This document shows positions 10,609 to 19,215 of a DNA stretch of 64,000 bases, piece after piece. The notes under the pieces were generated by a model that saw only the letters and a list, made by a program, of their open reading frames with translations, was not told where the DNA came from and ran no database searches. A program made the position numbers and the translations under genes. Within the stretch, counting starts at the first letter, position 1, and every line of letters starts with the position of its first letter. The DNA comes from Candidatus Fraserbacteria bacterium (GTDB taxonomy: Bacteria > Bipolaricaulota > Bipolaricaulia > RBG-16-55-9). The stretch lies in NCBI GenBank assembly GCA_037442925.1, contig JBBIPG010000001.1:33814-97813 (forward strand). Reading direction: 5' to 3'.

Positions 10609-11670
10609 ATGGAAGTGGCGAATGAGGAATTGCTTCTGGAAGTCAAGAAACTGAAGAAGTACTTTCCTGTGAAGCGTGGGATCTTTCGGCGGACGGTTGC
10701 CCATGTCAAGGCGGTTGATGGGATCGATTTCTTCATCAAGAAGGGAGAAACGCTGGGGTTGGTGGGCGAGTCGGGCTGTGGCAAGACGACGGCAGGTCGC
10801 ACCATTCTGCGACTCATCGAACCCGATCCAGGCAGCCAGATCCTCTTCCACACGAATGGCCAGATGATCGATATTGCCAAACTGCGCCCCAGACAGCTCA
10901 AGCCCCTGCGCCGCCAGATGCAGATCATCTTCCAAGATCCTTACTCCAGCTTGAACCCGCGTATGACCATTGGCGACATTGTGGGTGAACCTCTTGTGGT
11001 TCACGGCGTGGCCCGCGGCCGGGAGCGCGAAGCGCGCGTGCGCGAGTTGCTGGAAGCCGTCGGTCTCAACCCGGCCTACATGAAGCGCTACCCCCATGAG
11101 TTCAGTGGCGGTCAGCGGCAGAGAATCGGTATCGCCCGTGCGTTGGCTCTCGACCCTCAGCTCATCATCTGTGACGAGCCGGTTTCGGCCTTGGACGTTT
11201 CAATTCAAGCCCAAGTGCTCAACTTGTTGGAAGACCTTCAGAAAGAGTTTGGATTGACGTATCTGTTCATCGCTCACGACTTAAGCGTGGTGCGCCACAT
11301 CAGTAGCCGGATCGCCGTGATGTACTTGGGCAAGATCGTGGAGATGGCCGAAACGGAAGAGCTGTTCAAGTCACCCAAGCATCCCTATACGGAGGCGTTG
11401 CTGTCGGCAGTTCCGGTGCCCGACCCTGCGATCAAGATGGACCGCATCATTCTCGAAGGGGACGTGCCTAGCCCTGTGAATCCGCCCTCGGGATGCGTCT
11501 TCCATCCCCGATGTCCTTACTACGCCAAGAACAAATGGGAGCCCTGCAAGAACGATGTGCCTCCTCTTGTGGATGTGACCGGGAATGGCCACTACTCCAG
11601 CTGCCACTTCGCCCGGGAGCTCCAGCTTCATGGCGTAGAGGAGATCGTGGAGCGACGGTCGCGCTCATAA
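10609..11670 (+). CDS. Oligopeptide/dipeptide ABC transporter ATPase (OppF/DppF-type)
   Basis: [39 protein letters not shown]. Confidence 0.93.
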   Translation: MEVANEELLLEVKKLKKYFPVKRGIFRRTVAHVKAVDGIDFFIKKGETLGLVGESGCGKTTAGRTILRLIEPDPGSQILFHTNGQMIDIAKLRPRQLKPLRRQMQIIFQDPYSSLNPRMTIGDIVGEPLVVHGVARGREREARVRELLEAVGLNPAYMKRYPHEFSGGQRQRIGIARALALDPQLIICDEPVSALDVSIQAQVLNLLEDLQKEFGLTYLFIAHDLSVVRHISSRIAVMYLGKIVEMAETEELFKSPKHPYTEALLSAVPVPDPAIKMDRIILEGDVPSPVNPPSGCVFHPRCPYYAKNKWEPCKNDVPPLVDVTGNGHYSSCHFARELQLHGVEEIVERRSRS

Positions 11671-11674
11671 GTCA

Positions 11675-12268
11675 GTGAAGCTGCTGCTCGGGACAAAAAA
11701 CGACAAGAAATTCCCGGAATTTTTCCAGATTCTCGCGAATCTCCCCGTGGAATGGCTGACGTATCATGAGTGCCCCTTCCGTGACGTAAGAGAAGACGGT
11801 CGCACGTTTAAAGAAAATGCACTCAAAAAGGCTCGCCAGATCAGTCAGGCGACAGGGCTGGCCGTCTTGGCTGAGGATGCCGGCTTGGAGGTGGAGGCAT
11901 TAGGAGGCAAGCCAGGTGTGTACTCGGCTCGCTTTGCAGGAGTTGCTGGTCGAAGGGCGACGGACCAGCAGAACATCGAAAAGCTTCTCAAGTTGCTGAA
12001 GGGTGTGGAAGATAGGAGGGCCCACTTTGTTTGCGTGGCTGTACTGCATTTCCCAGACGGGAAAGAGCTGATTTCTGAAGGAGAACTCAAGGGGCACATC
12101 GCTCAGGAGGCCCGAGGAACGCACGGCTTCGGCTACGACCCCGTGTTTATTCCTGAGGGCTATGAGAAGACGCTGGCAGAGCTGGGACCGTCTGTGAAAG
12201 ACGAGATCAGTCATCGCAAGAAAGCGCTGGAACGACTCAAAAAAGAGCTTCAAGCTAAGGTTATTTGA
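11675..12268 (+). CDS. rdgB: Non-canonical purine NTP pyrophosphatase (RdgB/HAM1)
   Basis: TFKENA..KA, EDAGL, PGVYSARF, GFGYDP, SHR. Confidence 0.95.
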   Translation: MKLLLGTKNDKKFPEFFQILANLPVEWLTYHECPFRDVREDGRTFKENALKKARQISQATGLAVLAEDAGLEVEALGGKPGVYSARFAGVAGRRATDQQNIEKLLKLLKGVEDRRAHFVCVAVLHFPDGKELISEGELKGHIAQEARGTHGFGYDPVFIPEGYEKTLAELGPSVKDEISHRKKALERLKKELQAKVI

Positions 12269-12312
12269 CAGCCTCCCGAAAGTAAGCTATTCTTGATCTG
12301 GTAATACTATTA
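12265..12312 (+). promoter_or_regulatory. TA operon promoter with candidate operator
   Basis: TTGACA 12265-12270, 17 nt, TATTCT 12288-12293; palindrome TAATA-C-TATTA 12302-12312. Confidence 0.55.
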
Positions 12313-12333
12313 TGAAACGGTAAGGTGATGGCC

Positions 12334-12576
12334 ATGATCGGTAGCAAGCTGACCTCCAAAGGCCAGACGACGATTCCTAAAGAGATTCGAGACTTTCTCG
12401 GCCTGCGAGCTGGAGATCGGGTGGTCTTCCTTCGCCGGGAGGGGGAAGTCATCCTACAAGCTGTGAAGCAGACGCTTTTGGACCTGCGTGGGAGCATCCA
12501 GATTCGTAGACAGCCGGAGGACTTCGATCAGATCCGCCGACAAGTCAAGCGCCGAATGACCCGCAAGGGCGCATGA
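12334..12576 (+). CDS. AbrB/MazE/SpoVT-family antitoxin
   Basis: SKLTSKGQTTIPKEIRDFLGLRAGDRV; abuts the PIN gene. Alternative starts at 12325/12328. Confidence 0.9.
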   Translation: MIGSKLTSKGQTTIPKEIRDFLGLRAGDRVVFLRREGEVILQAVKQTLLDLRGSIQIRRQPEDFDQIRRQVKRRMTRKGA

Positions 12577-13005
12577 ATGACTCCGTGCTTTGTCGATACC
12601 AACATCTTCTTGCGCTTTCTCACTAGTGATGTCCCTGCTCAGGCCGAGGCGGTTGCGCAGCTACTGCGGCGAGCAGCAGACGGGAAAGTCTCCCTAAAAA
12701 CGAGCGCGCTTGTGATCGCAGAGCTTGTCTGGACGTTGGAATCCTATTATGAGCTGGATCGCGAGGAGATCAAGGCCAAAGTGTTGGCGATCTTGAATAC
12801 GCCGGGGTTGGAGGTGGAGGATGGCGAGCTCATTGGAGAAACCATTCTGTTCTATGCAGAGAAGAATGTGGATTTCATTGATGCGTACCACGCTTATTGG
12901 ATGAAGAGCCATGGACTCTCTCGGGTGTATACCTTCGATACGAAACACTTTACGCGGGCTGAGGGGATCATACCTCTGGTGCCGGGAGCCAAGGAGCAGG
13001 CGTAA
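12577..13005 (+). CDS. PIN-domain VapC-type toxin
   Basis: FVDTNIFLRF, E in IAELVW, DFIDAY, TFD: PIN acidic residues. Confidence 0.9.
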   Translation: MTPCFVDTNIFLRFLTSDVPAQAEAVAQLLRRAADGKVSLKTSALVIAELVWTLESYYELDREEIKAKVLAILNTPGLEVEDGELIGETILFYAEKNVDFIDAYHAYWMKSHGLSRVYTFDTKHFTRAEGIIPLVPGAKEQA

Positions 13006-13143
13006 CACAGAGATCTTCAAGCCAAGCTTTCCTAGGACCCCATCTACACTCTTGCCAGATATTAAGAGCGTGTTATCATATGGGAGTAGGCCCGGATGTG
13101 GGTTTGAAAGAGTTCACATCTAGGCCAGAAAAGGAGGGCGCCC

Positions 13144-14618
13144 ATGCTCAAGCGTGGTCTCAGGCTTGCAGCGATACTCGGTTTCTTGTCGGTGTTGATT
13201 CTATCGGGGAGTTTTCCTGGAGTGGGGGTAATCGCAAGCGCGCAGCAAGATATTTCAGCGATCGTCGAGCGTGTCAGGCCGGCGGTCGTCGAAATCGTGA
13301 CGGATAAGGGGCAAGGGAGCGGATTTATCATCACATCGGATGGGGCAGTTCTCACTGCTTACCACGTCGTGCGGGGAGCCAGCAGCATCGAAGCTCGGTT
13401 GCCGAATGGCTCAAGCTACAGAGCAACTGTAGGAAGTATGATGAGACGTATGACCGTGGGGGCAGCGATCTGGCCTTGCTGAGGGTAAGCGCCAGCGGCC
13501 TTCCCACAGTGAGCTTAGGCGACTCGGATACCATCAGGATTGGGCACTCCATCATCGTCATGGGCTATCCCTTGGGTATGGGTTTTCTTGTTGGCACCGG
13601 AAACATTAGTGGCAGTGTGGATTTTGGCGGTGGGCGCACAGTCTTTGTAATTGATGCTGCCGTCAACCCAGGCAACAGCGGCGGACCGCTCCTCAATGAT
13701 GAAGGTGATGTTATTGGAGTCGTCTTCGGCAGGGCCGATGTCCCCGGGATCAGGGTGGAGGGAATCAACTTCGCTACCCCAATAAACACTGCCAAGCGTG
13801 AGTTGAGACTAAACGTACCCACTGTGCACACCCTCACCCTCGGCCACAACAGCACAGTCCTGTCAGTAGTGTTCAGCCCCGACGGACGGCTGCTCGCCTC
13901 CGGCTCCGTGTTCTGGGACAGTAGCACGTGGAGAGGAGAGATCAAGCTGTGGGATGTAGCCACGGGTCAGGAGATCCGCACCATCAGCCCCAGCGGTAGC
14001 TGCACTATCGAGTGGGGGATCGCGTTCAGCCCTAACGGACAATTTCTCGCCTCCGGCTCCGGGGAAGGAGTGGTCTATTTGTGGGAGGTGGCCACGGGCC
14101 GGGAGGTCCGCACCTTAACTACTGGCAACACCTTCTCAGTCTGTTGGGTGGCCTTCAGCCCGGACGGGCGGTTACTCGCCGCCGCCACCGCCACTGACGA
14201 CATCAAACTGTGGGAGGTGGCCACGGGTCAGGAGATCCGCACTCTCACTGGCCACACCTACGGTGTCCATCAAGTAGCCTTCAGTCCTGACGGAAAGTTC
14301 CTCGCTTCCGGTGCTGGTGACTATACTATCAAGCTGTGGGAGGTGACCACGGGCAAAGAGGTGCACACACTCTCCGGTCACACTGGGTCGGTGTACTCCG
14401 TAGCCTTCAGCCCAGATGGGAAGCAGCTCGCCTCAGGTTCCTGGGACGAGACAATCAAGCTGTGGGCTGTGGCCACAGGACAAGAAGTTTGCACCCTCAC
14501 AGGGCACACCGACCAGGTCAATTCGGTAGCCTACAGTCCCGATGGGAGGCTCCTTGCCTCCGCTGGCTATATGGACCATACGATTAAGCTCTGGAACATC
14601 ACTGCACTGTCAGGGTGA
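13144..14618 (+). pseudogene. Secreted trypsin/HtrA-like protease fused to WD40 repeats, split by a 1-nt frameshift near 13430
   Basis: First frame: signal peptide, GSGFII, TAYHVV (His). Second frame from ~13431: RKYDETYDRGGSDLALLRV (Asp), NPGNSGGP (Ser), six WD40 repeats. A sequencing error cannot be excluded. Confidence 0.8.
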
Positions 14619-14735
14619 ATGATCGGGATGATTGCGGGCAACAACACCTCAGGCAATCAGAACGGTATGGGCAACCCCTGCAATCACCCCTGGAACCGAC
14701 CCGACGTGCCTGATGGGCAAGTGTGTCTGCCATAG
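14619..14735 (+). other. 38-codon orphan ORF, probably the 3' end of a lost secreted-protein gene
   Basis: MIGMIAGNNTSGNQNGMGNPCNHPWNRPDVPDGQVCLP*, in frame directly after the TGA at 14616-14618. Confidence 0.5.
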
Positions 14736-14775
14736 ATGCAAGGAAGCAACTGGCGGTCAGCAATCCGCTGTCAGC
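14666..14775 (+). repeat. Direct repeat copy 1 (~110 bp)
   Basis: Manual alignment with 15488-15596 gives about 93/110 identical, including one 1-nt gap. Confidence 0.9.
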
Positions 14776-14817
14776 AGAGACGAAAGACTCAAAGCTGATG
14801 GCTGAAAGCTGACTGCC
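14752..14817. repeat. Long imperfect hairpin built from ~7-nt-period TCAGC/GCTGA units
   Basis: GGCGGTCAGC-AATCC-GCTGTCAGC pairs with GCTGATGGC-TGAAA-GCTGACTGCC. Confidence 0.75.
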
Positions 14818-14846
14818 AATTCGCTACAATCAACATGGTGATACCC

Positions 14847-15101
14847 ATGAAGATCGCAGAACGCATTGAAGTCGACCATAACATCTGCCACGGCAAGCCC
14901 CGCATCGCCGGCACCCGCATCATGGTCGAACAGGTGCTGGATCTCCTAGCCGCTGGTATCCCCATTGAGCAGATCACTTCCGAGGAATACTTCCCGGATC
15001 TCACCAAAGAGGACGTACTGGCCTGCGTGGGCTTCGCCAATGCGTTCCTTAAGGGCGAAGAGTTCCATATCTACGAACCGGAGACCCCAAGCCCAGCGTG
15101 A
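14847..15101 (+). CDS. DUF433-domain putative antitoxin
   Basis: ICHGKPRIAGTRIMVEQVLDLL..FPDLTKEDVLAC. Alternative start 14835. Confidence 0.9.
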   Translation: MKIAERIEVDHNICHGKPRIAGTRIMVEQVLDLLAAGIPIEQITSEEYFPDLTKEDVLACVGFANAFLKGEEFHIYEPETPSPA

Positions 15102-15454
15102 AGATTCTGGCTGATCACTGCGTCTATGGCAAGACCGTTCAACTTCTTCGAGCACAAGGCCATGAGGCCATCACGCTCCAGGAGTTGGGGCAGGCCAAGG
15201 TCGCTGACCATCAAGTGCTGATGCTGGCTCAGTCACTGGATGCCGTGCTGGTCACAAACGACAAGGGATTTGGCAATATCCTGACCTATCCCCCGGAGCG
15301 CTATGGAGGCATCCTTGTACTGCGGGTGACCGCCACGAGCCAGCAACGAGTTCATCAGATTCTATTGGATTTCTTAAAGTCACATGATCGGGAGTCGTTG
15401 CGCAAAGCGCTTGTGGTCATTGATGCCCGGACCTATCGGATCAGAAGAAGCTAG
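15098..15454 (+). CDS. DUF5615-family PIN-like putative toxin
   Basis: MKILADHC, AD.QVL, LVTNDKGFG, GILVLR; GTGA overlap with the DUF433 gene. Confidence 0.88.
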   Translation: MKILADHCVYGKTVQLLRAQGHEAITLQELGQAKVADHQVLMLAQSLDAVLVTNDKGFGNILTYPPERYGGILVLRVTATSQQRVHQILLDFLKSHDRESLRKALVVIDARTYRIRRS

Positions 15455-15487
15455 CTGGCCAACGATTCCCCGTGGCTCGAAGAATCT

Positions 15488-15596
15488 TATGGACAACCTT
15501 GGCAATCACCCCGGAACCGGCCCAGCGTGCTCGATGGGTAGGTGTGTTTGCCATAGACGCAAGGAAGCAACTAGCGGTCAGCAATCAGCTCTCAGC
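15488..15596 (+). repeat. Direct repeat copy 2 (degenerate)
   Basis: Same sequence as 14666-14775, but the reading frame is broken (1-nt deletion, CAA to TAG) and the hairpin is shortened. Confidence 0.9.
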
Positions 15597-15710
15597 TAAA
15601 GGCAAGAGCTGAAGGCCACTCCCAACATTCAGGCAGATTAAATCGGGCGGTCTAGTTGCCTGAGTACCGGCCTACTGTCTAAGATGTAAAAATCGACAAA
15701 TGGAGCGGTC

Positions 15711-15983
15711 ATGGCCGATGGCGATGTGGACCTTCTGGAGCGAATGCGCCGCACACGCAGCGGCTGGGGCGAGGATGACTTGGACAGACTTTATCGTAGC
15801 TTCAGCTTCCGCGAGATCACACGCCCCAGGGCCCCTCACCGTGTCTACGTCCACCCTGCTCACCCTGACCTACGAGCTACTGTCGCGCGCAAAAAATCTC
15901 TGCCCAAGGGCTATCCGACCACGGCCGTACGCATCATTGATCAACTCTTGGAGAGACAGAAAGCGAAAGGGGGAAGCCCATGA
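15711..15983 (+). CDS. HicA-like toxin (divergent)
   Basis: Small basic protein with HRVYVHP, coupled by ATGA to a HicB-like gene; assignment mainly by context. Confidence 0.6.
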   Translation: MADGDVDLLERMRRTRSGWGEDDLDRLYRSFSFREITRPRAPHRVYVHPAHPDLRATVARKKSLPKGYPTTAVRIIDQLLERQKAKGGSP

Positions 15984-16219
15984 AGAAAGACGTAGATTAT
16001 TATGACCGATTGCCTTGGAGGGTGCAGATCGAACCCGAGCGTCAAGACGACGGGACGATCGTTTACATTGCCTCGCATCCGGAGTTTGAGGGCGTGCTGG
16101 GCAGTGGAACCACACCCGAAGAGGCGTTGGTCGATTTGCGCAAAGCACGCCGCGCGATGATCGAGGCATTGCTGTCGGAGGGTTACTCCGTGCCAGAACC
16201 AGCAGCCGTAGTGGTTTAG
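15980..16219 (+). CDS. HicB-family antitoxin (short, no DNA-binding domain)
   Basis: YIASHPEFEGVLGSGTTPEEAL..L..A...IEALL.EG..VPEP. Confidence 0.88.
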   Translation: MKKDVDYYDRLPWRVQIEPERQDDGTIVYIASHPEFEGVLGSGTTPEEALVDLRKARRAMIEALLSEGYSVPEPAAVVV

Positions 16220-16257
16220 CTTGGCTCTTCCTTGCTTGTGCCTGACAGCGTTGTGGA

Positions 16258-16518
16258 GTGCCAGGGAATGCGGATGAAGAACGACGCAACGAGGGGCTCA
16301 GCATCGCAGAGGTCGAACAAGCTTTGCTCAATGGACGCATTCTGGAGGATTATCCTCAAGATCCTCGCGGACCTTCGTGCCTGGTTTATGGGGATGCCGG
16401 AGGGCAGCCCATTCACGTGGTCTGCGGACGTAACCGCTCAGGATGGCTCGTGCTGATCATTGTGTATGTTCCGACAATGCCGAAATGGAAAAGCCAGACA
16501 GAAAGGAGTCAGCCATGA
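16258..16518 (+). pseudogene. DUF4258-domain toxin-like gene, apparently 5'-truncated
   Basis: ADEERRNEGLSIAEVEQALLNGRILEDYPQDPRGPSCLVYG..PIHVVC..VY.P..W; the usual N-terminal helix and His appear to be missing. Confidence 0.7.
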
Positions 16519-16661
16519 AGCCTTATGATGACTGCATCCATTGCGGCGGCCGGGTGGACGAACGCCTGGAGTGCATCGACTATCGCTACCACGGACAGCT
16601 CTTCATCCTGGGGCCGCGCCTCTCCAAGCTCGGGCTTTACATGCTGAGCGATCTGTTCTAG
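16515..16661 (+). pseudogene. YgiT/MqsA-type zinc-finger gene, 3'-truncated
   Basis: MKPYDDCIHCGG..IDYRYHGQLFIL; the expected ENVP..second CxxC is replaced by unrelated sequence. ATGA overlap with the DUF4258 gene. Confidence 0.7.
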
Positions 16662-16730
16662 AATGTGCAAGGTATCCAAGAAGACAGCTAAGCTCAGGAT
16701 TGGCGTATGCTTCGCGAAGGAGGCGAGTGG

Positions 16731-17054
16731 ATGATTTCTTTTGACGATTTTCTCAAGCTGGACATTCGCATGGCAGAGATCGCGGCAGCAGAGCGCGTCC
16801 CCGGCACTGACAAACTCCTTAAGTTGACGGTGAATTTGGGAAGCGAAACCCGGCAACTTGTGGCAGGTATTGCGAAATCTTACGCACCGGAGAGTCTTGT
16901 TGGAAAGAAAATACCCATCGTGACCAATCTCGAACCTAAGACCATTCGAGGCATCGAAAGCCAAGGGATGATCCTCTGCCCTTCCACGTCCGAGGGAAAG
17001 CCGGTCTTGCTCCTGCCCGACCGGGATGTGCCACTGGGAGCCAAAGTGAAGTAA
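16731..17054 (+). CDS. tRNA-binding OB-fold protein (Trbp111/CsaA/MetRS C-terminal-like)
   Basis: ISFDDFLKLDIR, DKLLKL, RQLVAGI, NLEP..RGIESQGMIL; AAGGAGG SD. Confidence 0.92.
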   Translation: MISFDDFLKLDIRMAEIAAAERVPGTDKLLKLTVNLGSETRQLVAGIAKSYAPESLVGKKIPIVTNLEPKTIRGIESQGMILCPSTSEGKPVLLLPDRDVPLGAKVK

Positions 17055-17060
17055 TTGCGT

Positions 17061-19088
17061 TCACGGAGCTTGGCCTGCCTCGATCGATTCGGCAACGAGT
17101 TCGGCAATGTCCTTGTCTTGTAGGGGGAGACTCTTGTTCTTGATGCCATCCTCGAGCATGATCATACAAAAGGGGCAGGCCGTTGCCACGATCTCCGGCT
17201 TGACTTCCATCGCTTGCATGAGCCGTCGGTCGTTCACCCGTTTTTCGGGCTCCTCCTCTACCCACATGAGTCCTCCGCCCGCACCGCAACACATACCCTT
17301 CTCACGGGAGCGTTTCATCTCTACTCGCCGGGTGCCTGGAATGGCATCCAACGTCGCTCGCGGTGCATCATAGACCTTGTTGTAGCGACCCAAGTAGCAA
17401 GAATCGTGGTACGTGATCGTCTGTCGTACCTCTTTTGTGAGTCTGACTCTGCCCTCTTTGACAAGCTGGGCAATGAGCTGTGAATGATGTACAACTTCGT
17501 AATGACCGCCGAAATCTGGATATTCGTTCTGGAAGGTGTTGTAGCAATGTGGACAGACGGTCAAGATCTTCTTGACGCCGTAGGTGTTGAATCTCTCGAT
17601 GTTCTGTTGCGCCTGCATCTGGAAGAGATACTCATGACCGATGCGCCGCGCCGGATCGCCGGTACAGGTCTCTTCTTCACCCAGAATCGCGAAGGTGATA
17701 CCCGCGGCGCGCAAGATTTGAACAAGGCTTCGGGCGATCTTGTGGTTCCTCGGCTCAAAGGCCGTTGCGCATCCCACCCAGAAGAGATACTCCACTTCCG
17801 TGGCCGGATTCGCGCCTGTCGGCTGTAGCTGGCTCATGACCGGGACATTGAGCCCCTTTGCCCACTCCAGTCGCACCTCGGCGGTCATGTTCCAGGGATT
17901 GCCTCGCCCATCGAAACCCTTGAAAACATCCGTGAAGTGCGACGGGTATTTGTCCTTGATCATGACTTCGTTTCGTCGCATGGCCAAAATCTTATCCAGC
18001 TGATTGATCTGAATGGGACAGGCAGCCACACAAGCCATGCAGGTCGTGCAAGCCCAAATCTCTTCCGGTTTCACAGCCAGTGGCACGACGTCTTGCGGCT
18101 CCTTGGCTTTGCCAAAGAGCGGGACTTCTTCATAGGCGTGATCCCTCAGTTCGAGGATGATCTCCTTGGGCGAGAGGACTTTGCCGGAGATGTGTGCGGG
18201 ACACTCCGCTTCGCAACGCCCACACTCCGTGCAGCTGTAGAGATCGAGGATGTCCCGCCAACTGAGGTCTTTGATCGTTTGAAGACCCAATACTTCGTTG
18301 CGCTCGAACGCACCTTCCACATCCAGCTTCGTCATGCGCCCCTGGGGAGCTGTCTTGTAGAAGATCACGTTAGGCAAGCTTGTGATGATATGAAAGTGCT
18401 TCGAGATAGGAAGATAATTCAAGAAGACGAGGATCAAGAAGAGATGGAACCACCAAGAGGCAAAATGCAGGGAGCTGAGCGCCGCTTCGTTCAGCCCAAC
18501 TTGGGTGAGAAGCCATGCAGCCGTACCGCTGGCAAACGCCCAAGCACCTCGTGGATTGCCTTCCAACGCAAAGAGCGCTCCATCGAGCAGCAGATCTGTG
18601 ACCATCAGCATGAAAATCAGCAACAGAATGAAGATGGCTCCTCCGGAGAGCGTAAGTCGCGCCTTTTTCGCGATCAGCCTCTGATAGAGCCAATAGAGGC
18701 ACCCCAGCATCACGAGCAGAGAGAAAGCGTCTTTCGCAAAGAAGTAGAGATTGCCCCATACGTTCACGGGAATATCGAGGCTTGGAGCGAAACCGGAAAT
18801 GAATAGACTGACCGTACGCACGGCGTAGATGAGAAATCCCCAGAAGATGAAGGCGTGCATCAAGCCTGCGAATAGATCCTTGAAGAGACCTCGTTGCGCG
18901 AAGAAGTAGAGGAATGTGTTGACAAGGCGCTTGCCCCATTCGTGAAAGCGATCCTCTGGGCCTCCCCGGGCAAGCAGTTGCCATCGCCTCCACATGACGT
19001 AGGAGAAGAGTGCAAGGCTCACAAACAGCATCGCTGCCAGCCAAATACGACCGCTCAATCCAAGAAAGTCGAAATCTGTTGGGTGCAT
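17061..19088 (-). CDS. Membrane-bound Fe-S oxidoreductase (FadF/HdrD-like)
   Basis: N-terminal TM cytochrome-b-like part with His residues, CTECGRCEAECP and CTTCMACVAACP, CCG domains (TCTGD, YHDSCYLGR, CCGAGGG, ACPFC). Start set at ATG 19088 after GAGGGG. Confidence 0.9.
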   Translation of the reverse strand: MHPTDFDFLGLSGRIWLAAMLFVSLALFSYVMWRRWQLLARGGPEDRFHEWGKRLVNTFLYFFAQRGLFKDLFAGLMHAFIFWGFLIYAVRTVSLFISGFAPSLDIPVNVWGNLYFFAKDAFSLLVMLGCLYWLYQRLIAKKARLTLSGGAIFILLLIFMLMVTDLLLDGALFALEGNPRGAWAFASGTAAWLLTQVGLNEAALSSLHFASWWFHLFLILVFLNYLPISKHFHIITSLPNVIFYKTAPQGRMTKLDVEGAFERNEVLGLQTIKDLSWRDILDLYSCTECGRCEAECPAHISGKVLSPKEIILELRDHAYEEVPLFGKAKEPQDVVPLAVKPEEIWACTTCMACVAACPIQINQLDKILAMRRNEVMIKDKYPSHFTDVFKGFDGRGNPWNMTAEVRLEWAKGLNVPVMSQLQPTGANPATEVEYLFWVGCATAFEPRNHKIARSLVQILRAAGITFAILGEEETCTGDPARRIGHEYLFQMQAQQNIERFNTYGVKKILTVCPHCYNTFQNEYPDFGGHYEVVHHSQLIAQLVKEGRVRLTKEVRQTITYHDSCYLGRYNKVYDAPRATLDAIPGTRRVEMKRSREKGMCCGAGGGLMWVEEEPEKRVNDRRLMQAMEVKPEIVATACPFCMIMLEDGIKNKSLPLQDKDIAELVAESIEAGQAP

Positions 19089-19165
19089 GAGTGGACTCCC
19101 CTCTACAACACTCTGACAATAGCCGAAGCGAAAGATCTCTGTCAAATGGAAGCGGGATAAAGCAG

Positions 19166-19195
19166 TTGACAACTCTCACGAGAGTCCGCTATGAT
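19166..19195 (+). promoter_or_regulatory. Promoter with a dyad in the spacer
   Basis: TTGACA 19166-19171, TATGAT 19190-19195, palindrome ACTCTC-AC-GAGAGT 19172-19185. Confidence 0.55.
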
Positions 19196-19215
19196 CTCTG
19201 AGAGGTTAGAGGGAT

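Noticed and set aside
13420..13445. Programmed -1 frameshift in the trypsin-WD40 gene
   Set aside because: No X XXY YYZ slippery heptamer or homopolymer run at the switch point.
14616..14660. Selenocysteine recoding of the TGA
   Set aside because: No convincing SECIS-like hairpin directly 3', and the position is not a catalytic Cys equivalent.
14666..15617. Integron attC sites or CRISPR repeats
   Set aside because: No RYYYAAC/GTTRRRY boxes bounding the hairpin, no integrase or cas gene; only two long copies about 820 bp apart.
17937..19179. Long alternative ORFs 17937..18806 (+) and 18370..19179 (-)
   Set aside because: They overlap the well-supported Fe-S oxidoreductase and carry no motifs; typical of GC-rich DNA.
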